Assembly: GCA_964523765.1 (NCBI GenBank) | Contig: CAZFZX010000001.1 | Coordinates: forward strand, 28,332-92,331 | Origin: an uncultured Enterobacteriaceae bacterium | GTDB taxonomy: Bacteria > Pseudomonadota > Gammaproteobacteria > Ga0077536 | Direction of reading: 5' to 3' | DNA length: 64,000 bases | In this document: one piece after another, positions 8,514-18,647 of the stretch | How positions within the stretch are numbered: position 1 is the first letter of the stretch | How the letters are laid out: each line of letters begins with the position of its first letter | Notes under the pieces: generated by a model | Database searches by the model: none | What the model was told of the DNA's origin: nothing | The model's input: the letters and a program-made list of their open reading frames with translations, nothing else | Program-made: the position numbers and the translations under genes

Positions 8514-9923
8514 ATGGACGGTTATACCAAACCTGTGCTCGCCATCCTGGGACGACCCAACGTCGGGAAATCAACCCTTTTCAACCGACTAACCAAGACT
8601 CGCGACGCTCTCGTCGCCGATGTACCGGGCGTTACGCGCGACGTCAATGTGGGTGTCGGTAGAGTCGGCGACGCCGCTTATCTCGTCGCTGACACGGGCG
8701 GTATTGATAATGCCGCTAAAGGAAACATCGGCGCCCAGGTTACCGAACAGACGCTCAACACGCTAGCCGAATGCGATGCGTTGTTATTGGTGGTCGACGC
8801 TAGGGACGGCCTGAGCGGCGAGGACGAAGCTATCGGCGAAGCCATCAGAAAAATGAGTATCCCAGTTTACCTCGTCGTAAATAAGGTCGACGACGAGAAC
8901 TTGGAACTCGCCAGTGTCGAATTCAACAGGATGGGACTCGGCGAGCCTATCCTCATCGCGGCGCTCTCGGGCAAAGGCGTACACGACCTGATTGCACGCG
9001 TGACCTCAGGTTGGGTAACCGAGGAAGCCCACCCGCTGGACGCCGAAGGAACCCGTATCCGCGTCGCGATCGTCGGCCGGCCGAACGTTGGGAAGTCCAC
9101 GCTCGTTAATCGCATGATCGGCGAAGAGAGAATGATAACAGCCGACTTCCCGGGCACCACGCGCGACAGCGTGGCCATCGACTTCGACCGTCGCGGGCAG
9201 CGCTTCAAGCTGATAGATACCGCAGGGTTGCGCCGTCGTAGCAGGGTCAGCGATACGGTCGAAAAATTTAGTGCCGTAAAAGCATTGCAAGCCATCGATT
9301 TGGCCGCCGTGATCGTCCTCGTGCTCGATGCGCAAGACGCCGTTACTGACCAAGACGCACACTTGTTGGGCCTAGTTCTCGAAAGTGGGCGTTCGGTAGT
9401 CATTGCGGTAAACAAGTGGGACGGGCTTAGCCAGGAAAAGCGCGACCAGATACGGCGCGAACTCGATCGCAAGCTAAAATTCATCGAGTACGCCGAACGC
9501 ACTTTCATTTCGGCATTGCACGGTACCGCCGTTGGCACGCTATTTGCGAATATCGAAAAAGCCTGGCGGTCGTCTCAGCTTACGGTCAGGACAAACATCG
9601 TCACGGAGATCCTTCAAAGCGCCGTTGCGGCGCATCCGCCTCCTCTTATTCGCGGCCGGCGGGTGAAACTTCGATACGCTCATTTTGGCGGCCGGAACCC
9701 ACCGACCATCGTCATTCATGGGAATCAGACGAAATCGCTACCGGCCGCGTACCAGCGCTACCTGGAGAACTTTTTTCGAAAGGCCTTCAAGCTCGTTGGA
9801 ACGCCCGTTCGCATGGAATTCAAACAGGGCGGTAACCCCTATGCCGACAAGCGCAACCCGCTGACGCCGAGACAAGTAAAGCGAAAGCGCCGAATGATGA
9901 AACACGTCAAACAGCGGCATTGA
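8514..9923 (+). CDS. der: ribosome biogenesis GTPase Der (EngA), tandem GTPase domains
   Basis: Two G domains (GRPNVGKST ... DTGG and GRPNVGKSTLVN ... DTAG) and a KH-like C-terminus. The first ATG (MDGYTKPVLAILGRPNVGKS) is at 8514; the track ORF starts at a TTG at 8481. Confidence 0.95.
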   Translation: MDGYTKPVLAILGRPNVGKSTLFNRLTKTRDALVADVPGVTRDVNVGVGRVGDAAYLVADTGGIDNAAKGNIGAQVTEQTLNTLAECDALLLVVDARDGLSGEDEAIGEAIRKMSIPVYLVVNKVDDENLELASVEFNRMGLGEPILIAALSGKGVHDLIARVTSGWVTEEAHPLDAEGTRIRVAIVGRPNVGKSTLVNRMIGEERMITADFPGTTRDSVAIDFDRRGQRFKLIDTAGLRRRSRVSDTVEKFSAVKALQAIDLAAVIVLVLDAQDAVTDQDAHLLGLVLESGRSVVIAVNKWDGLSQEKRDQIRRELDRKLKFIEYAERTFISALHGTAVGTLFANIEKAWRSSQLTVRTNIVTEILQSAVAAHPPPLIRGRRVKLRYAHFGGRNPPTIVIHGNQTKSLPAAYQRYLENFFRKAFKLVGTPVRMEFKQGGNPYADKRNPLTPRQVKRKRRMMKHVKQRH

Positions 9924-10164
9924 AATGAAGGCCGGGAAACTCGGTTTGCGACATTTTCGGGAATAAGTCTCGCAGATTTTCGGCCTGGTTCTCGACGTTC
10001 GGATTCGACATGGATCTCAGCCGCATACTGCAGGCTAGATAGCTATTCCAAATTGTCGATCAATTTCGGAATAAGGACCGGCGCTCGTGCATCGTCACCG
10101 TGACCCGCGCAACCGCTGATTCGGCGGATCCACAAGTGACGCCGACACTTTTTTATGAAACACG

Positions 10165-10929
10165 CTATAGGGTCGTCCAATCCGTAACACGGTCTTGGGG
10201 TGCCAGACCCCAGTTGACGCCCGTACCATTCAGTGAGGACCGCAACGCCGCGTTAACGAGTTTCGTACTGTTCGCACGTTTGCTGATATGGGCCGCGAAC
10301 ACGTAGCGCAAACGCTTCGACAAGAGCCTTTCCAAAAGCCCCCCTGCTTGCCGATTATTGAAATGCCCAAGCCGTCCAGCGATACGCGTTTTCACCGAAT
10401 CCGGGTACTCACAGTCGGACAGCAGCGCCAGGTCGTGATTGAATTCCAAAATCAGTGCATCGCAATCTGAAAAGTGCTGATGAATGTGGCGCGTTTCGTC
10501 GCCCAGATCCGTAAGAATACCGAGTCGCGCATCGTCGTATTGAACGACGAATTGGCACGGCTCCTTCGCGTCGTGGGGAACCGGAGCCGGTAACAAAGTA
10601 AGCGCATCCACGCAAAACGACTCGTGCGGTGAAACTTCGCGGATCTCGACCTCACGTTCGTTATCGAACGATGACCCGTAACGGGTCCCCCGTGTCATGT
10701 AGACTGGAAGGCGGTATCGTCTAGCGAGAGCGCCGACACCGCCAATATGATCGCCGTGCTCGTGGGTCACCACGATCGCGGCCAGACGCGACAGGTCGAA
10801 CGTCAGTTCCGCCGCGCGTTGCTGCAGGCGCCGCACCGATAAACCACAGTCGATGAGCACGGAGGTTCCTTCGGCTTCGACGACAGTCGCGTTCCCGCTG
10901 CTGCCGCTCGCAAGTACCGCAAACCGCAC
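10165..10929 (-). CDS. MBL-fold metallo-hydrolase
   Basis: THEHGDH (HxHxDH) metal-binding motif; 254 aa; same strand as and downstream of bamC. Confidence 0.8.
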   Translation of the reverse strand: MRFAVLASGSSGNATVVEAEGTSVLIDCGLSVRRLQQRAAELTFDLSRLAAIVVTHEHGDHIGGVGALARRYRLPVYMTRGTRYGSSFDNEREVEIREVSPHESFCVDALTLLPAPVPHDAKEPCQFVVQYDDARLGILTDLGDETRHIHQHFSDCDALILEFNHDLALLSDCEYPDSVKTRIAGRLGHFNNRQAGGLLERLLSKRLRYVFAAHISKRANSTKLVNAALRSSLNGTGVNWGLAPQDRVTDWTTL

Positions 10930-11050
10930 GACAGGCCGTCCCTAGCCGGCCGGGTTACACGGAGCGGACGCGTCCATCGCCCATGATGTCCGGCTTGTTG
11001 TGCGGTCGCTGAGTGCCCGTGCTCCGATCCCCGGGTAGATCCGATACGCG

Positions 11051-12127
11051 TCAAAGTATCTCGGCATTGAGTTCCTGATTCAAACGACTCAATAGTTCCG
11101 CGGCTAAGTCACCCGTCTCCCACTTACCGTCGCGGTTTAACACCACAACCTCGGTTTTGTCGCCAACCCCGGTCAGGCTGAGCTGAAATTGAGTATTGTC
11201 TCCACCCCAAAATTTGAGCTTCGACCAAACACCTTTCTTTTGCTTGGCCCCGGCGTTGGACAAACGGACAAAATACAACCCCCGGTCGCGATCCTCCTGC
11301 TCGACCTCGATGCCGGCGCGGTTGAGGGCGGAGGCCGTACTCTTCCACGCGGCAACAAATTCTTCCGCTACCGTCAAGTACACCTTACCGCCGCCGGCGC
11401 TAACCAGCTCAGCACGTTGCGGACCAGCGTCCGCCTGCTCTCTTACTCCGGGCTCAGGAGTTCCTGATTCGCTCTTAGCGATTCCGCTTTCTGCTATGCC
11501 GCCGAGTTGCTCCTGGATACGTTCGACGACCTTCCTCTCGAGCCCGGCGTCGCGCGGGCGCGTCTGCCACACCAGTTTGTCGCCCTGCGAAACGAGTTCT
11601 TCGCCGCGATGAGATACATACAGCAGCGTAGTTCCCGGTTCCTGCCCCGGTTCGGCGAAGATCTTGAACTTATCCCGTACCAACTCATCTTGATTTTCAT
11701 TCCACGCGGTTTCGATCACCCCGAGTTCTTCATCGTCCAACTCCAGGTCGTAGCCCAGGCGCTCCCAAAACTCTCGGAGGCGCGGCCAGATCTGCACGGT
11801 TACGCCCTCTACCGCCAAGATGTGTTCATTTTCCAGCAGCTTGATGGCGCTTGAACCCGAACGTTCCAACTCCTGTTCACGCTTGCGCTCCGCGGCCCGT
11901 TCCTGGAACGTCGAATACGTTGCAGTTTCTCCCCCTGACGGAATTGCGAGGCGATCTTGAATCGCTTCGACCGTCAGATCGGGAGGGACCTCGAGATCAG
12001 GCAGACTTTTGCTTTTCTTATATTCCGTCCGCTTATCGGGCAAGACTTGATCGAATTTCGGCATGATTTTGGCGCAGCCGGCCAATACCACCAACGATAG
12101 CAGACTCGCGAGACAGGTCTTCAACAT
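11051..12127 (-). CDS. bamC: outer membrane protein assembly factor BamC (NlpB) lipoprotein
   Basis: Signal peptide with lipobox (MLKTCLASLLSLVVLAGCA) and classical dapA-bamC adjacency. Start chosen at the internal Met (12127), preceded by AGGT. The track ORF extends to 12166. Confidence 0.7.
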   Translation of the reverse strand: MLKTCLASLLSLVVLAGCAKIMPKFDQVLPDKRTEYKKSKSLPDLEVPPDLTVEAIQDRLAIPSGGETATYSTFQERAAERKREQELERSGSSAIKLLENEHILAVEGVTVQIWPRLREFWERLGYDLELDDEELGVIETAWNENQDELVRDKFKIFAEPGQEPGTTLLYVSHRGEELVSQGDKLVWQTRPRDAGLERKVVERIQEQLGGIAESGIAKSESGTPEPGVREQADAGPQRAELVSAGGGKVYLTVAEEFVAAWKSTASALNRAGIEVEQEDRDRGLYFVRLSNAGAKQKKGVWSKLKFWGGDNTQFQLSLTGVGDKTEVVVLNRDGKWETGDLAAELLSRLNQELNAEIL

Positions 12128-12175
12128 ACCTACGTGACCTCTGAATAGGTGACTAAACACGCCCATTATCTAGCA

Positions 12176-13084
12176 TTAACCTCCCGGATCGTGTTCGATG
12201 CCGGCGTGGGTCAGCGCCTTGCTTACCCGGTGCTGTCCGGCAGAGGATAACCAAGTCATCGGTAACCTGATACCGATGTCGGCCAGACCCATAGCGTGAA
12301 CGCCCCACTTAACAGGTATGGGGTTGGATTCGCAAAAAAGTTCCCGGTGCAGCGGCGCAACGTGGGCGTCGATTTCCTGTGCGAGCTTACCGTCGCCGCC
12401 GAGGGCCGCGCGGCATAATTCACGCATGGTCTCGGGCGCGACATTTGCGGTCACAGATATCACGCCGTCACCGCCGGCCATCATGAACTCACGCCCGGTC
12501 GCGTCGTCACCGCTCAATAGCACGAAATCGTCTCCGCACCCAGCGCGCAGCTGAGCGACTCGATCGACCTCCCCAGTTGCTTCCTTAACGCCGATAATGT
12601 TACCTATTTGCGCCAGACGGGCGATCGTGTCGGGCAACATATCGCAAGCCGTTCGGCCCGGCACGTTGTAGAGGATCTGTGGAATATCGACAGCCTCTGC
12701 GATAACTTTATGATGCTGATAAAGGCCTTCCTGAGTCGGCTTATTGTAATAAGGCGTTACCAGCAGACATGCGTCGGCGCCCGCGTGACGCGCGCGTTCG
12801 GTGAGGTGAATCGCTTCGGTCGTCGAATTCGCCCCCGTACCCGCGATAACCGGGATCCGGCCATCGATATGAGCCACGACTCGGCGGATCGCCTCGCAAT
12901 GTTCTTCTGCACTGAGCGTTGCCGATTCGCCGGTCGTGCCAACGGCGACGATTGCGTCCGTCCCGTTGGCAACGTGAAAGTCCAGAAGACGCTCAAAACG
13001 GCTCCAATCGATAGACGCATCCGGCGAGATCCCGCCGCGCATCGGGGTAATCACTGCGACCATGCTGCCGGAAAAAGATGGCAT
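12176..13084 (-). CDS. dapA: 4-hydroxy-tetrahydrodipicolinate synthase
   Basis: SFSGSMVAVITPM N-terminus aligns with DapA (MFTGSIVAIVTPM), with the conserved TTGES and GVISVT motifs. GGAGAG SD precedes the ATG at 13084; the track ORF begins at 13105. Confidence 0.95.
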   Translation of the reverse strand: MPSFSGSMVAVITPMRGGISPDASIDWSRFERLLDFHVANGTDAIVAVGTTGESATLSAEEHCEAIRRVVAHIDGRIPVIAGTGANSTTEAIHLTERARHAGADACLLVTPYYNKPTQEGLYQHHKVIAEAVDIPQILYNVPGRTACDMLPDTIARLAQIGNIIGVKEATGEVDRVAQLRAGCGDDFVLLSGDDATGREFMMAGGDGVISVTANVAPETMRELCRAALGGDGKLAQEIDAHVAPLHRELFCESNPIPVKWGVHAMGLADIGIRLPMTWLSSAGQHRVSKALTHAGIEHDPGG

Positions 13085-13544
13085 CGGAACAACTCTCCAA
13101 AACAACAGAATATGGTAGCTTTCCGCGTCAGCTATGACAAGATGTCAAAAGGGCCCCGGGCCGGATATTTCTTGTCATTCTAATGGCACTTTGGCCTACC
13201 TTTTGAAGCGTGAGGACTATCCTGGGTTCTTGGCGGTAAGGCCGGTGAAACTTTGTCCCGAGCCGGCCCCCTCCCGCCGCGCCGGCTCGTTCAGCTTCGG
13301 CATCGCCGCCACTAGGACCCCGGACCCGGAGCGCCCGATACAAGCTGCCGGTCGTCGAGATGTATCGGACGCGCGAATGTGGCGGAAGCCAAAGATGGAG
13401 GGGCCGAGCGTCTGCGGTCCTCCTAGAATCTCCGGGCCGGTTCCCCGATTTTGCTTCCGCTACCAGCCTACCATGCTTGCGGATCGGCCTGATAAGCATG
13501 CACAATGAGTTCCACTCATAGGGGATTACCTGATCCGCCAAGTA

Positions 13545-14072
13545 ATGCAGAACTACGTTGCTATTTCCGCCGTCGGAACCAATCGCCCGGGACTTATCGA
13601 ACCTTTCATCAAAGCGGTCCGTGATTGCGGCTGTAGTGTGGTTGACAGTCGCATGACCGTTCTCGGAGATCGGTTCGCGATGATGATGTTGTTGTCCGGA
13701 ACGTGGGATGCGATCGCGAAGATCGAAAATCTGTTACCGCGCTTAGAAGAGCAGCTGGAAATTGCCACGGTCGCCCAACGTACCGCATCGCGCAAACGCG
13801 AAAGCAGTTTGATGCCGTATGCGGTGGAGGTCGTCGCGGTCGATCACGTCGGGATCGTTCACGAAATTGCACAATTTTTTTCTCAACGGGATATCAATAT
13901 CGAAGACTTGTACTCCGGAACCTACACAGCGGCGCATACCGGAACACCCATGTTCTCACTACACATGACTATCAGTGTACCGACCGATATTTCGATTGCC
14001 GCGCTGCGCGGAGAATTCATGGAATTTTGTGACCAGTTGAACCTCGATTCGATAATGGAACCGGTCAAATAG
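13545..14072 (+). CDS. gcvR: glycine cleavage system transcriptional repressor GcvR (tandem ACT domains)
   Basis: Two ACT-like halves (ISAVGTNRPGLIEPF...; VEVVAVDHVGIVHEIAQFF...). The gcvR-dapA-bamC arrangement is conserved in enterobacteria and pseudomonads. Confidence 0.8.
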   Translation: MQNYVAISAVGTNRPGLIEPFIKAVRDCGCSVVDSRMTVLGDRFAMMMLLSGTWDAIAKIENLLPRLEEQLEIATVAQRTASRKRESSLMPYAVEVVAVDHVGIVHEIAQFFSQRDINIEDLYSGTYTAAHTGTPMFSLHMTISVPTDISIAALRGEFMEFCDQLNLDSIMEPVK

Positions 14073-14117
14073 TCGGGCCCGCCGGCCCCGGACACCTCGT
14101 CGCTGAGATTTTCGATA

Positions 14118-15518
14118 TTGACCCCGCACAAGCGTATCTTCGTGCTGGACACTAACGTGTTAATCCACGATCCGTCAGCCATCTTTCGCTTCAAAGAACA
14201 CGACATCTTCATTCCGATGATGGTACTTGAAGAGTTGGACGCGGCGAAGAGTGGCACATCAGAATTCGCGCGCAACGCCCGCCAGGTAAGCCGACTCCTA
14301 GACGAATTGATTGACACAGGCGACCGTAACGCAATCGAGGCCGGTTTAGAGTTACCCGCCGTCAACGATGGAAGCTCCGATCAGGCGCCCGGCGGGCGCC
14401 TGTATCTACAAACATCGGTATTCGATCCCTCGCGACTGCCGGACGCTTTGCCCGGGAATACGCCGGATAACAGTATTCTTTCCACCGCGCTCGGGTTAAC
14501 CGGTAGCCGCAACGATGCGGCCGTGACGCTGGTCTCCAAGGATATTAACTTGCGTATCAAAGCGCGCATTACCGGAATCCCTGCAGAAGACTATTACAAC
14601 GACAAAGTGCTGGACGACGTCGACTTGTTGTATACGGGAACGCGCGAGTTCGATTCTGATTCGTTGACCCGGGAGCGATTCGATGCCGGCTGCTGGAAGG
14701 AAGGAGAAAGGACTTTCTACACCGTAGACGGGGAGCAAAATGGCGACAGGTTCCCCAATGAGTGCCTGTATAGTACGACAAACGACCTGGAGCTCATCGT
14801 CAAGAAGCGACCGGATGAGAAACAGGTTTTCGAGCAAGCGACTGATTTCAGGCATGATAGCCACGCCGTTTGGGGTATAACGGCAAGAAACCTGGAGCAA
14901 AATTTCGCGCTCAATTTGCTGATGGATCCGGAGGTGGAATTCGTCTCCTTGAGCGGCGTTGCGGGCACCGGCAAAACATTGTTGGCATTAGCCGCGGGCC
15001 TCGCACAATCGATAGAAAGCAAACACTATTGCGAAATCGTCATGACCCGCGAGACGATTTCGGTCGGGGAAGATATCGGATATTTGCCGGGCACCGAAGA
15101 GGAGAAAATGACTCCGTGGATGGGTGCTTTGCTAGACAACTTGGAAGTATTGGCCGACACCGCGGAGGGTGGCGAATGGGGAAGGGCGGCAACCTCAGAT
15201 TTTCTGCAGAACCGGATCAAGATCCGATCTTTGAGTTTCATGCGCGGCCGAACATTCCTCAACCGCTATATCATTATCGACGAAGCTCAAAATCTAACGG
15301 CCAAGCAGATGCGTACTTTGATTACGCGAGCCGGATCGGGATCGAAAATTGTGTGTCTCGGCAATATCGCCCAGATTGACACGCCGTATCTCAGCGAGAC
15401 AACGTCGGGCTTAACCTACGTGGTGGACCGCTTTCGCGGCTGGGAACACAGCGGGCATGTGACTCTAACGCGGGGAGAGCGGTCGCGTCTCGCGGATTAC
15501 GCGACGAATAATCTATAA
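14118..15518 (+). CDS. PhoH2-type protein: N-terminal PIN-domain nuclease fused to PhoH-like P-loop ATPase (YlaK family)
   Basis: N-terminus IFVLDTNVLIHDP...MVLEELD (PIN acidic residues). C-terminal Walker A GVAGTGKT and Walker B IIIDEAQNL. Apparent TTG start. Confidence 0.85.
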   Translation: MTPHKRIFVLDTNVLIHDPSAIFRFKEHDIFIPMMVLEELDAAKSGTSEFARNARQVSRLLDELIDTGDRNAIEAGLELPAVNDGSSDQAPGGRLYLQTSVFDPSRLPDALPGNTPDNSILSTALGLTGSRNDAAVTLVSKDINLRIKARITGIPAEDYYNDKVLDDVDLLYTGTREFDSDSLTRERFDAGCWKEGERTFYTVDGEQNGDRFPNECLYSTTNDLELIVKKRPDEKQVFEQATDFRHDSHAVWGITARNLEQNFALNLLMDPEVEFVSLSGVAGTGKTLLALAAGLAQSIESKHYCEIVMTRETISVGEDIGYLPGTEEEKMTPWMGALLDNLEVLADTAEGGEWGRAATSDFLQNRIKIRSLSFMRGRTFLNRYIIIDEAQNLTAKQMRTLITRAGSGSKIVCLGNIAQIDTPYLSETTSGLTYVVDRFRGWEHSGHVTLTRGERSRLADYATNNL

Positions 15519-15548
15519 AGCACACGACCTCGCCGACTATGACGAAGT

Positions 15549-16631
15549 TCATTCGGGGCTCGGCAGCGGCTGAGTATGCACGTCGCTTGTGCGCGGCCAG
15601 GCGTTCAACAGAGACTTCACCAGCGTCGCGAGCGGTATTGCGAAAAACACACCCCAGAACCCCCACAGACCTCCGAAGACCAGTACCGCGACGATGATTG
15701 CGACCGGGTGGAGATTGACGACATCGGAAAAAAGCAACGGCACCAACAGATTACCATCCAATGCCTGGACGATACCGTAGGTCACTATGATCCAGACAAA
15801 ATCGTTTCCCCAACCCAACTGTATATACCCGGCGACGGCGACCGGCAGGGTAACGACGGCGGCCCCTAGGTACGGGACGATCACGGACAATCCGACGAGC
15901 ACCCCGAGCAGCGGCGCATAGGATAAACCGAGAAACGAAAACGCCGCATAGGTGACGCTGCCGACGATGAAGATCTCATAGACCTTCCCGCGTACGTAGT
16001 TGCCGATCTGGTCGTCCATCTCCGCCCATACCCGTTCGAGAACGCCGCGCTCCCGTGGTAGAAACCCGGTGATCCAGGCGACCAGCTGGTCTTTGTCTTT
16101 GAGGAAAAAGAAAACCAGGACCGGGCCCAGGATCAGATAGATGAACACCGTTATGAGCGCCGGTATCGACGCGAGCGATACCGATAGAAAGCTCTGGCCC
16201 AGTCCGCTGATCCCCGAGCGGATCGCGCCGATCACGTTATCGATCTGGGCGGCGGTAATGATATTCGGATAGATTTCCGGCAGCCGCAGCAGCAAAGCTC
16301 TGCCCTCGTTGATCATTCGCGGCAATTCCTGAACGAAGTTGGTAAGCTGCCGAGAAAGGATGGGCATCAACCCTAGCAGCAAAAATATCAGCACTGCGAG
16401 AAACGCGGTGAAAACAATCGCAACGGCAAGCAGGCGTGGAATTCTGCGCCGTTGCAGTTCATTCACCGTCCCTTCGAGTAAATACGCGATGATGACTGCG
16501 GCAAGCGCAGGCGCCAGCATATGGCCGAAAAACACCACCACTCCGGCACTTAGAAGCAGCAGCAAGACAAGCAACACCGCCTGCGGGTGCGATAAATAGC
16601 GCCGATACCAAGTACTGACTATGTCGAACAT
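15549..16631 (-). CDS. AI-2E family transporter (PerM/YdiK-like)
   Basis: 360 aa polytopic membrane protein whose helix pattern and conserved segments match the AI-2E family. Confidence 0.8.
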   Translation of the reverse strand: MFDIVSTWYRRYLSHPQAVLLVLLLLLSAGVVVFFGHMLAPALAAVIIAYLLEGTVNELQRRRIPRLLAVAIVFTAFLAVLIFLLLGLMPILSRQLTNFVQELPRMINEGRALLLRLPEIYPNIITAAQIDNVIGAIRSGISGLGQSFLSVSLASIPALITVFIYLILGPVLVFFFLKDKDQLVAWITGFLPRERGVLERVWAEMDDQIGNYVRGKVYEIFIVGSVTYAAFSFLGLSYAPLLGVLVGLSVIVPYLGAAVVTLPVAVAGYIQLGWGNDFVWIIVTYGIVQALDGNLLVPLLFSDVVNLHPVAIIVAVLVFGGLWGFWGVFFAIPLATLVKSLLNAWPRTSDVHTQPLPSPE

Positions 16632-17102
16632 TGTGCGACGGTGAGTTAACGGCTAAAGCCAAATGAATCAGTTCGGAGTATATCGTTCGGTCCGCACGCA
16701 TCACAACAAATCCCCAACGATGGTTCACGCCCACGATTCCTCTGAAAATCCGCCCACTTTTCGGGCCGGTCGTCAGGCCGCCTGCGCGATTGATCGGGCC
16801 GCGCGGAGATTTTGTGCCTGAGGCCCGCGCAGCGCGTCTTTCTCAGGTCGAAAGCTAGCGCCTCAGTTCGAGAGATAACCAAGGATGGGTCGTGCCAATC
16901 GCGAGCGGGACCGGCACCGTCGGAAAATGGCAGACGATTTTTGCCGCATTCTCAGTCGCAACCCGTCGCGGAGGCCGCTAAACAGGCCAGAGATTAATTG
17001 CAACCTCCTGATCCAGCTCAAATAATCGGTGCGCTCCGGTACTGCATCGCGAGCGCATAGTAGCTAGACTACTTACCTGCCGAAGAACGTTGGGACCGGC
17101 CC

Positions 17103-18647
17103 TTGCGTCAGATTGCTCATTTATTGCTCGACGAATCTCTCCAGTTAGGTGACGCCTGCGCAATGGCCCGCTCTTCGCTCGATGCGCGGACTGAAATCGC
17201 CCTAACCGGCAACCGGTACTATCTGGATACGCCGGATCGACACCTACTGCATCAAAACCAGGTATTCGAATGCGATGTCGAGAACGGGGAGGTCGTGCTG
17301 GCGCTACGTTGCGCAGAGAAGCTGCTCGCGGGCCCGGTCCGGCAACGAACGATGCCCGCTTCCACAGTCGAAGTCGTCGATTTCGACCTGCGGCGAAGGC
17401 TGAACGGTGACGCTAACTCGACGGCACTGATCGTCGCCGACAATCGACCCGTTCGGTATGAGCTGATGCGCGTTCGAAATGAGCACGGCAAAACGATTGC
17501 GTGGCTTTATCTGGAACAATTCGATCCGGGTTTAAGCGGCGAGCATCGCCCACCGGTCGCGGTACGGATCGTGGCCTTTCGCGGTTACTTCAAGGAGTCC
17601 CGTAAAGCGGTGCACATTTTGCGCGCGAAACTGCCGGATTATGTTTTGCCGACCGAGGGCATAGTAGCGGGGCCGGACCGCGCCTTTGCGTTATTACCTG
17701 AACCGCTGGCCGTTCAAAAATCGCGGCTTTCGCGCAATATATCGATAGCCGATGGCGTCACCGCGATCCTGACCGACAACTTCCGTGTGATGGTGACCAG
17801 AGAACAGGGGATCGAAGCCGACCTTGATATCGAGTTTCTGCACGACTTTCGCATTGCGCTACGACGGATCCGGTCAATTTTCGGTGCGTTTGGCGCGGTT
17901 TTTGCCGCGGAGATCGGTCCACTTTTGAAACCAAACCTACGTTGGCTGAATCGCCTAACAGGAACTCGTCGTGATCTCGATGTCTATCTCGACCACTTTC
18001 CGGAAATAGTCCATTCCGCCTCCCCGGCGAACCGTACCCCACTGCAGCAAATATGCGAATTTGTCGCTACCGAACGCCGACTAGAACAAGACAGACTCGT
18101 TAAAGCACTGAACAGCGATCGGTACGCGAAGTTCAAGCGAGACTGGTCTCGTTTCTTGAGCGCGCCGACCATCGCTCCGGCCGCTGCGAATAGAGGGATA
18201 ATGAAATCGTCTGGTGCTTCCATTTGGAAAACCTATAAGCGGATCCGGAAGCAGATTTGCTCTCCGGATATAACGCACGAGATCGACGAGCTGCATACGT
18301 TGAGAAAGGACTGCAAGAAACTGCGTTACCAGGTCGAAGCTTTCGCGCCAATTTATCCGAAAACGCCGCTGACCAATGCGGTGGGCGAACTGAAGCACCT
18401 CCAAGATATACTCGGCGCAGTCTGCGATAATTCGGTACAGCAGCGATTTCTGCTCCGGCGCCAGAGCCACATTCTCCAACGCGTCCGTGATGCGGAGCGG
18501 TTCGAAAAATTGCTGGACGGAGTGCTCGAAGACTATGCTGCTAGGGAACGCCGAATGCTGCGCACAATCCGCAAGAACCTAGACCGTTTCGCGAGTAAAA
18601 AGGTCACGGAAACTTACCGAAAACTGTTCGAGTTTCGAACTCGATGA
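17103..18647 (+). CDS. YgiF-like protein with degenerate CYTH (triphosphate tunnel) N-domain and C-terminal CHAD domain
   Basis: NRYYLDTPD matches the CYTH YYETPD motif of YgiF. C-terminal half carries CHAD signatures (HDFRIALRRIRS..., LRKDCKKLRYQVEAF..., LKHLQDILG). The N-terminal ExExK motif is degenerate (TEIALTG). Confidence 0.7.
   Translation: MRQIAHLLLDESLQLGDACAMARSSLDARTEIALTGNRYYLDTPDRHLLHQNQVFECDVENGEVVLALRCAEKLLAGPVRQRTMPASTVEVVDFDLRRRLNGDANSTALIVADNRPVRYELMRVRNEHGKTIAWLYLEQFDPGLSGEHRPPVAVRIVAFRGYFKESRKAVHILRAKLPDYVLPTEGIVAGPDRAFALLPEPLAVQKSRLSRNISIADGVTAILTDNFRVMVTREQGIEADLDIEFLHDFRIALRRIRSIFGAFGAVFAAEIGPLLKPNLRWLNRLTGTRRDLDVYLDHFPEIVHSASPANRTPLQQICEFVATERRLEQDRLVKALNSDRYAKFKRDWSRFLSAPTIAPAAANRGIMKSSGASIWKTYKRIRKQICSPDITHEIDELHTLRKDCKKLRYQVEAFAPIYPKTPLTNAVGELKHLQDILGAVCDNSVQQRFLLRRQSHILQRVRDAERFEKLLDGVLEDYAARERRMLRTIRKNLDRFASKKVTETYRKLFEFRTR

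Noticed and set aside
16632-17102. Possible degenerate copy of the repeat in the perM|CHAD divergent spacer
   Set aside because: Only short end-like fragments (13-14 nt) match, and they are in inconsistent orientation. The core similarity is at a level I cannot distinguish from chance by eye.
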